This document shows, in pieces, positions 37,468 through 47,448 of a stretch of DNA of 64,000 bases. Made by a program: the position numbers and the translations under genes. The stretch is from contig JAYQNS010000003.1 in the NCBI GenBank assembly GCA_038144425.1, positions 190,790-254,789 on the forward strand. The letters are read 5' to 3'. The notes beneath the pieces are model-generated. The model had not been told where the DNA came from. It ran no database searches and saw only the letters and a program-made list of their open reading frames with translations. This DNA is from Candidatus Salivita marina (GTDB lineage Bacteria > Pseudomonadota > Gammaproteobacteria > Pseudomonadales > Azotimanducaceae). The first letter of the stretch is position 1. Each line of letters begins with the position of its first letter.

Positions 37468-39297
37468 CTAGGGGGTAAGGGCGTCGCAACGCGGGCACCA
37501 CACCAAAACGCCGGCACGGCGGTAATCAAGGTCAAGCACCGCCTGTGCTTCCTGGAAGAAGGTGGCCAACCAGGTGCCCAGGGGTCCCGCGCTGGGGCGC
37601 GGCCCTCCGAGGTCCACCGCTTCCAGCATCGCAGAGAGCATGGCGTCTAGGGGCGAAAGGTTGGGTGTGAAGCGCTGCACGCGGTAAGTCTCAAGCTCCG
37701 CGAGGCGGGCCGCTTCACCAATGGCGTCCTCCAGCCCGCCCAGCGTATCAACGAGCCCCCGGTCATAGGCCGCGCGACCGCTCCAGACCCGGCCCTCGGC
37801 CAGCGCATCCACCGCTTCCGACGTCATGCCCCGGCCCTCAGCCACCCGGGCCCGAAACGCAGCATAGGTGTGGTCGATACCTGCCTGGATCATGGTGCGA
37901 AGCCCCGGGTTAAGGGGCCGGAGGGCGTTGGTCGCCCCGGCCAGGGGATGGGTCTGCACCCCATCGGTAGTGACACCGAGGGCGCCAGCGCTATCTTCGA
38001 AGGTAGCGCCCAGAGCAAAGGCACCAATGGAACCGGTGATGGTGCCCGCCTCAGCGACGATATGATCCGCGGTGCTTGAAATCCAGTAGCCTCCGGAGGC
38101 GGCCACGTCCCCCATGCTGACCACCACGGGCTTGCCATGGCTCTGGACCAGAGCCAGGGCCCGGCGCACCTGCTCCGACTGGTTCGCTGCGCCGCCCGGG
38201 GAATTCACGCGAAGCACCACCGCCGCCACGGCTTCGTCAAGCCGAGCATCATGAATCTGAGCGACCACGTCGTCACCCACCTCGCCATCGCCGCCGGGCC
38301 CCGGGGCGATGGTTCCTTCCGCCACAATTACCGCCACGGCGGGGGCGTCAGGCTTCGGCGCTTCCGGACGATTCGCGAGATAAGCCCCAAGGCCGATAGC
38401 CTGAAAGGCTAAGGGATCTTCGGGATCCGCGCCGAAACGGCTTTGCAGCCGGTCAAGGCGCGCATCCCGGGGCAGAAGCTCGTCCACCAGCCCCGCTTCC
38501 AGGGCGAGGCGCGCACTGTCGCCGCCGGCCGCAAGGAGCCGCTGAGGCCATTCGCGCAGCAGGCGATCGAAGGGCTCGCCGTCCATCTGGCGATTGCTGA
38601 CCACCGTTTCCGCGTAGCCGGCCCAGAGGTTATCGATCAGCGCCTGATTCGCCTCTCGAGCCTCCGGTGACATGTCGTTACGCAGCAGCGGTTCCACCGC
38701 GGTTTTGTAGCGACCCGCGCGAAGGACCTCCACCGACACCTTTAACCGGTCGAGCGCCGCCCCAAAATACAGCGGCTCGCTAGCAAGGCCCCGCAGCCAG
38801 AGCGCGCCTTCGGGATCTAGGTAGAGCTCGTCGCTGAAGCTCGCAAGGTAATAAGCCCCCTGGGAGAGCCCCTCGCTATGGGTGACCACGGTCTTGCCTG
38901 CGGCGCGGAGATCGGCCAGCGCGGCGCCTAGGCGCTCGAGGGTGGCAAAGCCGGTGCCGGGAAAGGCGTCGAGATCAAGCACCACGCCCCTTAGGGACGA
39001 ATCCGATTCCACCGCTTTCAGAGCCCGAAGCACCTCGGTCAAGACCAGGGGTGCGGGCCCCCCCTCGTCGAGGAGAGCCGCGAGGGGGTCGGGCGTAGGG
39101 GGCGCATCCACCAGGGGACCGTCAAGGGTCAACACGAGGGCGCCGCCCTCCGGCACCGGCGGAACGCCATCGCCCTGGGATAGCCCCAGTACCACCAGCA
39201 CAAGCAGCAGCATAAAACCCACGTTCGCTAGGATGCGGCGTAGGCCCTCGAGACCGCCGTTGATTCGAGCCCAAAGGCCTGGGTTTTCAGAGGACAT
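37468..39297 (-). CDS. sppA: signal peptide peptidase SppA, 67K type
   Basis: Two tandem ClpP/crotonase-like halves. The second carries DVAASGGYWIS (catalytic Ser). The start is trimmed to the ATG at 39297, with AAGGAG upstream. Confidence 0.85.
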   Translation of the reverse strand: MSSENPGLWARINGGLEGLRRILANVGFMLLLVLVVLGLSQGDGVPPVPEGGALVLTLDGPLVDAPPTPDPLAALLDEGGPAPLVLTEVLRALKAVESDSSLRGVVLDLDAFPGTGFATLERLGAALADLRAAGKTVVTHSEGLSQGAYYLASFSDELYLDPEGALWLRGLASEPLYFGAALDRLKVSVEVLRAGRYKTAVEPLLRNDMSPEAREANQALIDNLWAGYAETVVSNRQMDGEPFDRLLREWPQRLLAAGGDSARLALEAGLVDELLPRDARLDRLQSRFGADPEDPLAFQAIGLGAYLANRPEAPKPDAPAVAVIVAEGTIAPGPGGDGEVGDDVVAQIHDARLDEAVAAVVLRVNSPGGAANQSEQVRRALALVQSHGKPVVVSMGDVAASGGYWISSTADHIVAEAGTITGSIGAFALGATFEDSAGALGVTTDGVQTHPLAGATNALRPLNPGLRTMIQAGIDHTYAAFRARVAEGRGMTSEAVDALAEGRVWSGRAAYDRGLVDTLGGLEDAIGEAARLAELETYRVQRFTPNLSPLDAMLSAMLEAVDLGGPRPSAGPLGTWLATFFQEAQAVLDLDYRRAGVLVWCPRCDALTP

Positions 39298-39308
39298 GGT
39301 GGTGCTCC

Positions 39309-39692
39309 TTAGGACGAGGTGGCGGCAAGCCAAAAAATTCGGAGGGTACAGGCCAAGGCTAGGACCCAAAGCAGGGACCGTAGCTTGTCCCGATCCGTTA
39401 GGTAGGCCCAGCCGTAGGCCAAACGAAAGCCGAGAAAGGCGTAGGCGTAGGCATTGATCTCGCTGACCCTCTCCGGCGCCAGCACCACCGCGAAAATCAC
39501 CGCGGCGGCAAAGGGTGGAAAGGCCTCATGGCTGTTTTCCTGGGCAGCCTGGGCACGAGCTTGGGCCCCCTCAAGCTGCGCGAGCCAGGCCCGCGGGGCC
39601 CGATTGTCATAGCCCCCCTGGCGCTTGGCGAGGCCAGCAAAGACAATGGGCATAAGCGCCGCAAGGGCAACGGCAAGAATCAGTGTGTTCAT
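39309..39692 (-). CDS. MAPEG family membrane protein
   Basis: 127 aa with 3-4 TM helices. The NRAPR...AQENSHEAFPPFAAAV pattern is typical of MAPEG. Confidence 0.7.
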   Translation of the reverse strand: MNTLILAVALAALMPIVFAGLAKRQGGYDNRAPRAWLAQLEGAQARAQAAQENSHEAFPPFAAAVIFAVVLAPERVSEINAYAYAFLGFRLAYGWAYLTDRDKLRSLLWVLALACTLRIFWLAATSS

Positions 39693-39752
39693 AACAGAGC
39701 TCCAGGGTGAGCTTGGGCGTATAAGTGTACCGACAATCGGAGCCGCCGCACC

Positions 39753-41135
39753 GTGGAAACCCAGCCCCTATGGACCGGACTTGAGCTTTCAACCCTTTGG
39801 GGCGTTTCCTGCGACCGGGCGCTGCAGTGCACCGGCATCAGTCTTGATTCCCGTAGCCTTGCGACCGGCGATCTCTTCTTCGCCCTTCAGGGAGGGGATC
39901 CGCGCTTTCACGGCGCCAGCAGCCAAGGCCTGGACGGCCAGCGCTTTGCGGCCCACGCCCTCGAGCAGGGGGCGGCTGCGGTGGTGGTGCGGCAAAGCCT
40001 TGGGGCCGGGGCTCGGGAAATCGTGGTCCCCGATCCCTTCGAAGCCCTCTGGACCCTCGCCCGAGAGGCGCGGAAGCGCTGCCCCGGGCCGGTCTTCGCC
40101 CTCACCGGTTCCTCGGGCAAAACGACGGCCAAGGCCCTGCTCACCGCCGCCCTTCAGGCCCACTTTGGCGCCGGCGCCGTGCACGCTACGGAAGGGAACT
40201 TAAACAATCATCTAGGCGTGCCCCTGTCCCTCGCCCGGCTGCCCCAGGGGACGGCGGCCGCCGTGTTCGAGCTCGGCATGAATCACCCCGGGGAGATCGC
40301 GCCCCTAAGCCAGCTGGTGCAGCCCACGGTGGCCCTCGTTCTGAATATTCTGCCCGTGCACTTGGAGGGCCTGGGAAGCTTGGCGGCCATCGCCGAGGAA
40401 AAACTCTCGATTGCGGCAGGCCTCGGTCCGGAGGGCGTGCTCGTCTGCCCAAAAGACCGAGCCCCCGGGCACCCGCGGGTCGTGACCTTCGAGGATCACC
40501 GCGGCCAGGGCACCGCTGCGGCCTTTTACCGCGATAAGCGCGGCGTTCTTCAGGGGCAAGGAGCGGGCCTAGACCTTAAGCCCCTTGGCGCCGAGCATCG
40601 GCAACGGAGCGCCACGGCCGTCCTGGCCTGCCTTCAGGCAGCGGGGCTGCCCCTCGCCACTGCTGTGCCCGCCATGGCGGCGGTGGCGGCACCCAAGGGG
40701 AGGGGGTCGCGCGATGAGGTCGGGGGCTGCGTGATCATCGACGAAAGCTACAACGCCAATCCAGAAAGCGTCGGCCTCGCCCTGCGCGATCTTGAAGCGG
40801 CGCCGGGAACCGGACCAAAGCTCGCGCTTTTGGCGGACATGCTCGAACTGGGAGACGACGGACCCGCCTACCACCTGGCGCTTGAGGAAGCCCTCGCCGG
40901 AGTCCATGGCGTGTTTCTCATCGGACCGCTAATGAAGCCCCTGGCCGAACGGCTGGGGCCGCGCTGCCAGGGCTGGTGGCCGAGCACGGATTCCCTCGAC
41001 CTCACCCCAATCCTGGACGCCCTCAGCCCGGGCGCCCAGCTTCTGGTGAAGGGCAGCAATCGCTTCTTCTGGCAGGCGCGCACCGTCGACCGGCTTCGCG
41101 ATGCCCTAGAGGCCCGTGGCATACTGCCTTCATGA
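39753..41135 (+). CDS. murF: UDP-N-acetylmuramoyl-tripeptide--D-alanyl-D-alanine ligase
   Basis: LTGSSGKTTAKALL, GNLNNHLGVPLSL, ELGMNHPGEI and DESYNANPES are MurF signatures. Confidence 0.88.
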   Translation: METQPLWTGLELSTLWGVSCDRALQCTGISLDSRSLATGDLFFALQGGDPRFHGASSQGLDGQRFAAHALEQGAAAVVVRQSLGAGAREIVVPDPFEALWTLAREARKRCPGPVFALTGSSGKTTAKALLTAALQAHFGAGAVHATEGNLNNHLGVPLSLARLPQGTAAAVFELGMNHPGEIAPLSQLVQPTVALVLNILPVHLEGLGSLAAIAEEKLSIAAGLGPEGVLVCPKDRAPGHPRVVTFEDHRGQGTAAAFYRDKRGVLQGQGAGLDLKPLGAEHRQRSATAVLACLQAAGLPLATAVPAMAAVAAPKGRGSRDEVGGCVIIDESYNANPESVGLALRDLEAAPGTGPKLALLADMLELGDDGPAYHLALEEALAGVHGVFLIGPLMKPLAERLGPRCQGWWPSTDSLDLTPILDALSPGAQLLVKGSNRFFWQARTVDRLRDALEARGILPS

Positions 41136-42118
41136 GCATCGCATCCGTCCCAGGGCCCGTAGATCGCTTCGGCCGCCGCTTTCGTAACCTTCGGGTCAGC
41201 CTTACGGCAGCCTGTAACTACGCCTGCACCTACTGCGTACCCAACGGCAAACGGCTGCTTCGCGCGGATCGGGAGCTCGACGCCGAGCAGATGCTCCGCG
41301 CCATCGAACTGCTGGTAGCGGGAGCCGGCATCGATCATTTGCGCTTAACCGGGGGCGAACCCCTGGTGACGCCAAAGTTCGACTACCTCTTCCCGCGCAT
41401 CATGGACCTTGGCCTCGAAGACGTGAGCCTCACCACCAATGGACAGCTCCTAGGACCCAAGGTGCCCCTGCTCGTGGCCAGCGGCCTTAAGCGCATCAAT
41501 ATTTCCCTCGACACGCTCGATCCCGAGGCCTTCCGGCCGCTCGCCCGGGGCGGCGATCTGGCCACGGTGCTCGCCGCCATCGACGCCTGCCTCGACGCTG
41601 GGCTGAAGGCGAAGCTGAATATGGTGCCCGTGCGATCGAGTAACCGCAGCCAAATAGAACCCATGCTGCGCTATGCGCTAGACCGGGGCATGGAGCTTCG
41701 CTACATAGAACTCATGCGCATGGGCCACCTTAGCCATAGCGCTGCCTTCGACCGAGACTTTATTGGGATGGAAGAGATCCTCGCGCTGATCGGTGAGCAC
41801 CACAGTTTCGAGCGCACGGAGGCTCCCTTCGACAGCACCGCTCGGCGCTTTGCGGTGGCGAGCGGCGGCAGCTTCGGCATCATCCCCAACGAGTCTGAGC
41901 CCTTCTGCTCGAGCTGCACCCGCCTTCGCCTGTCTTCGGAAGGGGATCTCTACGGTTGCCTCTCCTCCGATGCCCATCAAGCCCTCAGGCCGCTGCTGGC
42001 TCTGCCTCGGGAAGAAGCCCTGACCCAGTTGCCGGCGCTACTTGAGGCAGCCCTTAAGGCAAAGCAACCGGTCGCCTTCACCGGCGGAACCATGGTGATG
42101 AAATTTATTGGCGGCTAG
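41132..42118 (+). CDS. moaA: GTP 3',8-cyclase MoaA (radical SAM)
   Basis: CNYACTYCVP radical SAM cluster. Second cluster CSSCTRLRLSSEGDLYGC. C-terminal IGG. The ATG overlaps the murF TGA (ATGA). Confidence 0.82.
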   Translation: MSIASVPGPVDRFGRRFRNLRVSLTAACNYACTYCVPNGKRLLRADRELDAEQMLRAIELLVAGAGIDHLRLTGGEPLVTPKFDYLFPRIMDLGLEDVSLTTNGQLLGPKVPLLVASGLKRINISLDTLDPEAFRPLARGGDLATVLAAIDACLDAGLKAKLNMVPVRSSNRSQIEPMLRYALDRGMELRYIELMRMGHLSHSAAFDRDFIGMEEILALIGEHHSFERTEAPFDSTARRFAVASGGSFGIIPNESEPFCSSCTRLRLSSEGDLYGCLSSDAHQALRPLLALPREEALTQLPALLEAALKAKQPVAFTGGTMVMKFIGG

Positions 42119-42128
42119 GAGCTCAACC

Positions 42129-42692
42129 GTGACCCTCCCTCGCTTAACTCTTGAAGCCCTCACCAAACGCCTCGCGGAAGCAAGCGGGCAGAAGCGACCC
42201 CCGGTGGATAGCTGGAACCCAAGCCATCGGGGCACCATCGACATCACCATTGCGCGCGATGGACGTTGGTATCACGAAGGCGGCGAGATCAAACGGCCAG
42301 CGCTGGTTGCGTTGTTCGCATCGATCCTGCGGCGCGATGAAGGAGCGCACTGGCTGGTCACGCCAGCGGAAATGCTGCGCATCACGGTAGAGGACACCCC
42401 CTTCCTCGCCGTCGATCTGGAGGTGGCCGGGGAGGGCGTGGGGCAGCAGCTTATGCTGAAAACGAACGTCGGCGATTGGGTGCCCGTGGATGCCACCCAT
42501 CCCCTAGTGGCGCGAGACGAAGCAACGGGCGGGGGCCTGGTGCTTCCGGTGCGGGGACAGCTATGGGCTCGCCTCGATCGCCCGACCTACTATCACCTGG
42601 CCTCCCTGGCCGATAGTGAACCCCCCTTTTCCGTGATTAGCGCGGGAATGCGCTTCCCCCTGATGCCCGAAAGCGCGCCGGAAGCGGTGTAA
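42129..42692 (+). CDS. DUF1285 domain protein
   Basis: GTIDITIARDGRWYHEGGEIKRPALVALFASILRRD matches my recollection of DUF1285. The GTG start at 42129 lies 7 nt after AGGAG. Confidence 0.68.
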   Translation: MTLPRLTLEALTKRLAEASGQKRPPVDSWNPSHRGTIDITIARDGRWYHEGGEIKRPALVALFASILRRDEGAHWLVTPAEMLRITVEDTPFLAVDLEVAGEGVGQQLMLKTNVGDWVPVDATHPLVARDEATGGGLVLPVRGQLWARLDRPTYYHLASLADSEPPFSVISAGMRFPLMPESAPEAV

Positions 42693-42706
42693 ACGCCGCA
42701 ACGAAA

Positions 42707-42726
42707 AACGGGCCCGCAGGCCCGTT
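42707..42726. terminator. GC-rich hairpin between convergent genes, candidate bidirectional terminator
   Basis: AACGGGCC-CGCA-GGCCCGTT is a perfect 8-bp stem. It has an A-run on the 5' side and TTT on the 3' side. It sits between the DUF1285 stop (42692) and the ETF-QO stop (42747). Confidence 0.6.
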
Positions 42727-42746
42727 TCGTCCATCGGGTAAGCAGA

Positions 42747-44411
42747 TTACATATTGGGGTAGTTCGGGCCGCCCGCACCCTCGGGGGTCACCCAAGTGAT
42801 GTTCTGCGCCGGATCCTTGATGTCGCAGGTTTTGCAGTGAATGCAGTTCTGGGCGTTGATCACAAACTTCGGACCGTCCCCTTCCGTCACCACCTCGTAA
42901 ACGCCTACGGGGCAGTAGCGCTGGGCCGGTTCATCGAAGCGGGGCAGGTTCTCCCGAATGGGGAGGTCCGGGTCGGTCAGCTGCAGGTGGCAGGGCTGAT
43001 CTTCTTCATGGTTGGTGTTGGAGAGATAGACAGAAGAGGATTTATCAAAGCTGAGCACCCCGTCGGGCTTCGGGTAGGACGGCGCCTTGCAGGCACTGGC
43101 GGGCTTCAGGGTCGCGTAGTCCGGCGTTTTATCGCTCAGGGTAAAGGGGAGCTTGCCGGCGAAGAGCGTTTGGTCCACCCAGGCAAAGGCTGAGCCCGCG
43201 AGCATGCCGAACTTGTGCATGGCCGGCCCGGCGTTGCGTGCCTCGGACAGCTCCTCGTGAAGCCAGCTATCCCGGAACTTCTCCGCGAAAGCGGGGACCG
43301 TTTCGCCTCCTTCGCTCCCAGCCGCAAGCTTCTCGCCGATGGCCTCAGCGGCGAGCATGCCGCTCTTCATGGCCGTGTGACTGCCCTTGATCTTGAGAAA
43401 ATTCAGAAAGCCAGCGTCGTCACCGGCGAGCACCGCACCAGGGACGGTGAGCTCAGGGAGCGCTTGAAGACCACCCTTCACAATGGCCCGAGCTCCATAG
43501 GCGACGCGGGTACCGCCCTTGAGCGTTTCCGCGAAGAGCGGATGATGCTTCATGCGCTGAAATTCATCGAAGGGCGAAAGGTGGGGGTTGCTGTAGGCCA
43601 AATCCACGATCAGCCCGACCACCACCTGCTGGTTCTCGAGATGGTAGAGAAAGCTGCCCCCGGTGTTCCCGGCGGTTTCCGCAAGGGGCCAGCCAATGCT
43701 GTGCACGACCTTTCCCGGCACGTGCTGTTCCGCCGGGATGTCCCAAAGCTCCTTGAAGCCAATGCCGTAGTGCTGGGGACCTGCGTTTTTGTCGAGTTCA
43801 AACTTTTTAATGAGCTGCTTGCCCAGATGTCCGCGGCAGCCTTCTGAGAAAATCGTGTACTTCGCGCGAAGCTCATAGCCCGGGGTGAAGGAACCCTTAG
43901 GTTGACCATCCCGGCCCACGCCGAGATCTCCGGTGGCCACGCCGACCACAGCGCCATCGTCGTTATAGAGGATCTCGCTCGCAGCAAAGCCCGGAAAAAC
44001 GTTCACCCCGAGGTTTTCGGCCTGCTCCCCAAGCCAGCGGCACAGATTGCCCAAGCTAATCGCATGGTTGCCCTCGTTGTGGGTAGCCTTCGGTACGAAA
44101 AAGCCCGGGACCTTCACCTTGTGGTCGCCATCGGGGAGGTAGTAAACCTCGTCGTCGGTGACGGGGTTGTTAAGGGGGGCGCCCTCTGCTGCCCAGCTCG
44201 GGAAGAGCTCATCAAGGGCCCGGGGCTCAACCACGGCCCCAGAAAGAATGTGAGCGCCGATTTCCGAGCCTTTTTCGACTAAGCACACGGACCATTCCTG
44301 CCCCGCGGCCTGAGCCAGCTGCATGACCCGGCAGGCGGCTGAAAGCCCCGCGGGACCACCGCCAACGACGACCACGTCAAATTCCATCGCTTCCCGTTCT
44401 ACGGCGTCCAC
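42747..44411 (-). CDS. electron transfer flavoprotein-ubiquinone oxidoreductase (ETF-QO)
   Basis: FDVVVVGGGPAGLSAA FAD site. C-terminal 4Fe-4S region CPVGVYE...NCIHCKTCDIKDP. The start is uncertain. The GTG at 44411 gives 554 aa, while the ORF-track ATG is at 44492. Confidence 0.88.
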   Translation of the reverse strand: MDAVEREAMEFDVVVVGGGPAGLSAACRVMQLAQAAGQEWSVCLVEKGSEIGAHILSGAVVEPRALDELFPSWAAEGAPLNNPVTDDEVYYLPDGDHKVKVPGFFVPKATHNEGNHAISLGNLCRWLGEQAENLGVNVFPGFAASEILYNDDGAVVGVATGDLGVGRDGQPKGSFTPGYELRAKYTIFSEGCRGHLGKQLIKKFELDKNAGPQHYGIGFKELWDIPAEQHVPGKVVHSIGWPLAETAGNTGGSFLYHLENQQVVVGLIVDLAYSNPHLSPFDEFQRMKHHPLFAETLKGGTRVAYGARAIVKGGLQALPELTVPGAVLAGDDAGFLNFLKIKGSHTAMKSGMLAAEAIGEKLAAGSEGGETVPAFAEKFRDSWLHEELSEARNAGPAMHKFGMLAGSAFAWVDQTLFAGKLPFTLSDKTPDYATLKPASACKAPSYPKPDGVLSFDKSSSVYLSNTNHEEDQPCHLQLTDPDLPIRENLPRFDEPAQRYCPVGVYEVVTEGDGPKFVINAQNCIHCKTCDIKDPAQNITWVTPEGAGGPNYPNM

Positions 44412-44622
44412 GCCTCTCTCCCTTGCAAAGCCCCGGGGGGCTATTCCCGTGTCGAAGGCAGTATAAACGACGGGGCAGGGGGGCTCCATCATGCCCCCGG
44501 GACCTCGCCTTGACCCCTTAGGGGGCCAGGGTCAGAATACGCGCCGTTTGCAAAGGCGTCCCTATGCGCCTGCTGTCGCTGTCCACGGGCCTTCCGGGCC
44601 CCCTAGCTATGGGAAGTGGTCC

Positions 44623-45372
44623 ATGAAAGTGCTCGTCGCGATCAAGCGCGTCATCGATTACAACGTCAAGGTGCGGGTAAAGGCCGATAACAGCGACGTT
44701 GACCTCACCAACGTCAAAATGGCGGTAAACCCCTTCTGCGAAATCGCCATCGAAGAGGCCGTGCGCCTGAAGGAAAGCGGTCAGGCCACGGAAGTGATCG
44801 CCGTAGCGGTCGGTCCGAGCCAGTGCCAGGAGCAGCTGCGTACCGCCCTCGCCCTTGGCGCCGACCGCGCCATCCTGCTAGAAACGGGCAGCTTTCCTCA
44901 ACCCCTGTCCGTCGCCAAACTCCTGAAGGGGGTTTACGACCAGGAGCAGCCCGGCCTGGTAATCCTCGGCAAGCAGTCCATCGACGCCGACAACAACCAA
45001 ACGGGGCAGATGTTTGCGGCCCTGACGGGCCTTGGCCAGGGCACCTTCGCCTCCAAAGTGGAAATCGCCGGCGATACGGTAAATGTCACGCGGGAAGTGG
45101 ACGGCGGTCTGCAGACCGTCGCCCTGAAGGCCCCGGCCGTGGTCACCACAGACCTCCGCCTCAACGAGCCACGCTATGCATCTCTACCGAACATCATGAA
45201 GGCCAAGAAAAAGCCCCTCGACACGCTGACCCCGGAAGCGCTGGGCGTGGAGGTCAAGGCCACCATCGAAACCCTTCGGGTCGAGCCCCCGGCGGAGCGC
45301 CAGGGCGGAATCAAGGTCGACTCGGTGGAGGCCCTTGTTGACAAACTTAAAAACGAAGCCAAGGTTATCTAA
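44623..45372 (+). CDS. etfB: electron transfer flavoprotein beta subunit
   Basis: [20 protein letters not shown]...[16 protein letters not shown]. 249 aa after trimming the start to the ATG at 44623. Confidence 0.9.
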   Translation: MKVLVAIKRVIDYNVKVRVKADNSDVDLTNVKMAVNPFCEIAIEEAVRLKESGQATEVIAVAVGPSQCQEQLRTALALGADRAILLETGSFPQPLSVAKLLKGVYDQEQPGLVILGKQSIDADNNQTGQMFAALTGLGQGTFASKVEIAGDTVNVTREVDGGLQTVALKAPAVVTTDLRLNEPRYASLPNIMKAKKKPLDTLTPEALGVEVKATIETLRVEPPAERQGGIKVDSVEALVDKLKNEAKVI

Positions 45373-45396
45373 GGGCGCGCTAGGGAGCTTAAAGAC

Positions 45397-46326
45397 ATGA
45401 GTATTCTTCTTGTAGCAGAACACAACGACGCCGCGCTCAACCCCGTCACGCTAAACGTGCTCGCTGCGGCGCAGGCGATCGGTGGGGACATCACCGTGCT
45501 GGTGGCTGGGGAAGGCTGCGGTGCCGCCGCGGAAGCCGCCGCCGCCCTCCCTGGGGTAAGCAAGGTGCTCTGCGCCGACGCCGCGATCTATGGCAAGCAG
45601 CTCGCGGAGAACGTTGCCCCCCTCATTGCCGAGGCCGCTGCGGGGCACAGCCACGTACTCTCGGCCCACAGCACCAACGGCAAGAACACCATGCCGCGGG
45701 TGGCCGCGCTCCTCGATGTGAACATGGTGTCGGACATCATTTCCGTGGAAAGCGAAGACACCTTCAAGCGTCCCTTTTACGCCGGGAACGCCATTGCCAC
45801 GGTCAAAAGCTCCGATGCGGTCAAGGTCATCACCGTGCGTCACACGGCCTTCGATGCCGCCCCTGCCACCGGGGGCAGCGCTGCGGTGGAAGCCCTTGGC
45901 AGCGCCCACGACGCGGGCGTCTCTAGCTTCGTGAACGAAGAAATCGTCAAGCTTGATCGTCCCGAGCTCACCGCCGCTCGAGTGGTGGTATCCGGGGGCC
46001 GGGGCATGGGCAGCGGCGAGAACTTCAAGATCCTGGAAGGGGTTGCGGACAAGCTCAACGCCGCCATGGGCGCTTCCCGGGCAGCGGTTGACGCAGGCTT
46101 CGTCCCCAACGATATGCAGGTGGGGCAAACGGGCAAGATCGTCGCCCCGGAGCTCTACATTGCCGTCGGCATCTCCGGCGCCATCCAACACCTCGCGGGC
46201 ATGAAGGATTCCAAGGTGATCGTGGCGATTAACAAGGACGAAGATGCGCCGATCTTCCAGGTGGCGGACTACGGCCTTGTCGCGGATTTGTTCCAAGCGG
46301 TGCCAGAGCTTGAAGGACAAATCTAG
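45397..46326 (+). CDS. etfA: electron transfer flavoprotein alpha subunit
   Basis: 309 aa. C-terminal FAD-binding region [37 protein letters not shown]. Confidence 0.9.
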   Translation: MSILLVAEHNDAALNPVTLNVLAAAQAIGGDITVLVAGEGCGAAAEAAAALPGVSKVLCADAAIYGKQLAENVAPLIAEAAAGHSHVLSAHSTNGKNTMPRVAALLDVNMVSDIISVESEDTFKRPFYAGNAIATVKSSDAVKVITVRHTAFDAAPATGGSAAVEALGSAHDAGVSSFVNEEIVKLDRPELTAARVVVSGGRGMGSGENFKILEGVADKLNAAMGASRAAVDAGFVPNDMQVGQTGKIVAPELYIAVGISGAIQHLAGMKDSKVIVAINKDEDAPIFQVADYGLVADLFQAVPELEGQI

Positions 46327-46346
46327 ATTTAGCGCCTAAATAACTG

Positions 46347-46375
46347 AAAAGCCCGGTTATTCCGGGCTTTTTTTT
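46347..46375. terminator. rho-independent terminator, bidirectional (etfA on plus, pyrB-like on minus)
   Basis: AAAA-GCCCGG-TTATT-CCGGGC-TTTTTTTT. A 6-bp GC stem flanked by an A4 run and a T8 run, between convergent stops at 46326 and 46391. Confidence 0.85.
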
Positions 46376-46390
46376 GCGTCAGCAACCGGC

Positions 46391-47422
46391 CTAGGGGCGG
46401 CGACCGCCCGTAAACCAGCGCACCGGCTTCAGATCCTTTTCTACTTCCCCCACCACATCCAGACAAAGCGCGAAGAGGGCCATGCGGATCACCACACCGT
46501 TGTCCGCCTGGCGGAAGATCGCCAGGGCCGGGTTAGCATCGAGGTCCGAGTCGAGCTCCTGGGCGCCCACCCGGGAATCGCGGGGGAGGGGATGCATGAT
46601 CACCGTCTGAGGCGCGCAGTGCTCCGTATAGATCGCCTGATTCAGGCGGAATAGGCCCCGGTAGCGCGTGGCCTCCTCTGGACTTGGGAACCGCTCCTCC
46701 TGGGTGCGGGTGACATAGACGATATCCGCCGCCGCCAGCCCCGGCTCTAGGGTGTCGTGGCGAAACACCCGATGCCCCCGGGATCGGAGCGCTTCTTCAT
46801 ATACCGGCGGCAAAGCGAGCTCCGGCGGGCTGATGAGATGAAACTCAATGGCCGGGTACAAATTGAGAAGCTGCACTAGGGAGTGGACGGCACGGCCGAA
46901 GCGCAGGTCCCCCATCAGGGCGATGCGCAGCCCCTCTAGGCTAAGCCCTAGGGCTGCTCGCTCGCGGCGAATGGTGTAGAGATCGAGCAGCGCCTGCGTA
47001 GGGTGCTCCCGCGCACCATCACCGCCGTTCAACACGGGCACGCGGCTCGCTTGGGCGAAACGATCCACGGCACCTTCCTCTGGGTGGCGCATCACGATGA
47101 CGTCGCTGTAACCAGATAGCACCCGAGCCGTATCTTCCAGCGATTCCCCCTTAGCCAGGGAGGAGCTCTCCATGCCGATCGTTTCCCGTACCTCCCCCCC
47201 AAGGAGGTTGAAGGCACAGCCGAAGCTGACTCGGGTACGCGTGCTGGGCTCAAAGAACATATTGCCGAGGATGGCGCCTTCAAGCACCCGGGTCACCATG
47301 CGCCGCTCTGCGAAGGGAACCATGCGGTCGGCGACGGAAAACACCGTCTCCACAGCCTCAAGACTCAAGTCCTGGACGCTAAGAAGGTGCTGCCCCGCAA
47401 ACGCTTTGATCATGCCGCTCAA
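46391..47422 (-). CDS. pyrB: aspartate carbamoyltransferase catalytic chain (PyrB-like)
   Basis: EPSTRTRVSFG, REHPTQALLD, GDLRFGRAVHS and MHPLPR are ATCase-type motifs. OTCase would have HCLP. Confidence 0.78.
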   Translation of the reverse strand: MSGMIKAFAGQHLLSVQDLSLEAVETVFSVADRMVPFAERRMVTRVLEGAILGNMFFEPSTRTRVSFGCAFNLLGGEVRETIGMESSSLAKGESLEDTARVLSGYSDVIVMRHPEEGAVDRFAQASRVPVLNGGDGAREHPTQALLDLYTIRRERAALGLSLEGLRIALMGDLRFGRAVHSLVQLLNLYPAIEFHLISPPELALPPVYEEALRSRGHRVFRHDTLEPGLAAADIVYVTRTQEERFPSPEEATRYRGLFRLNQAIYTEHCAPQTVIMHPLPRDSRVGAQELDSDLDANPALAIFRQADNGVVIRMALFALCLDVVGEVEKDLKPVRWFTGGRRP

Positions 47423-47448
47423 TCCCCGCTGGTTGCCGCGAGTTTACT

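Noticed and set aside
45451-46320. Long antisense ORFs, e.g. 45451..46320 (289 aa), 23695..24540, 62924..63787, 52238..52963, 13976..14578 and 19357..19896
   Set aside because: Each lies opposite a gene with clear family motifs and translates to Arg/Pro/Gly/Ala-rich low-complexity sequence. These are the expected stop-codon-poor antisense frames of GC-rich DNA.
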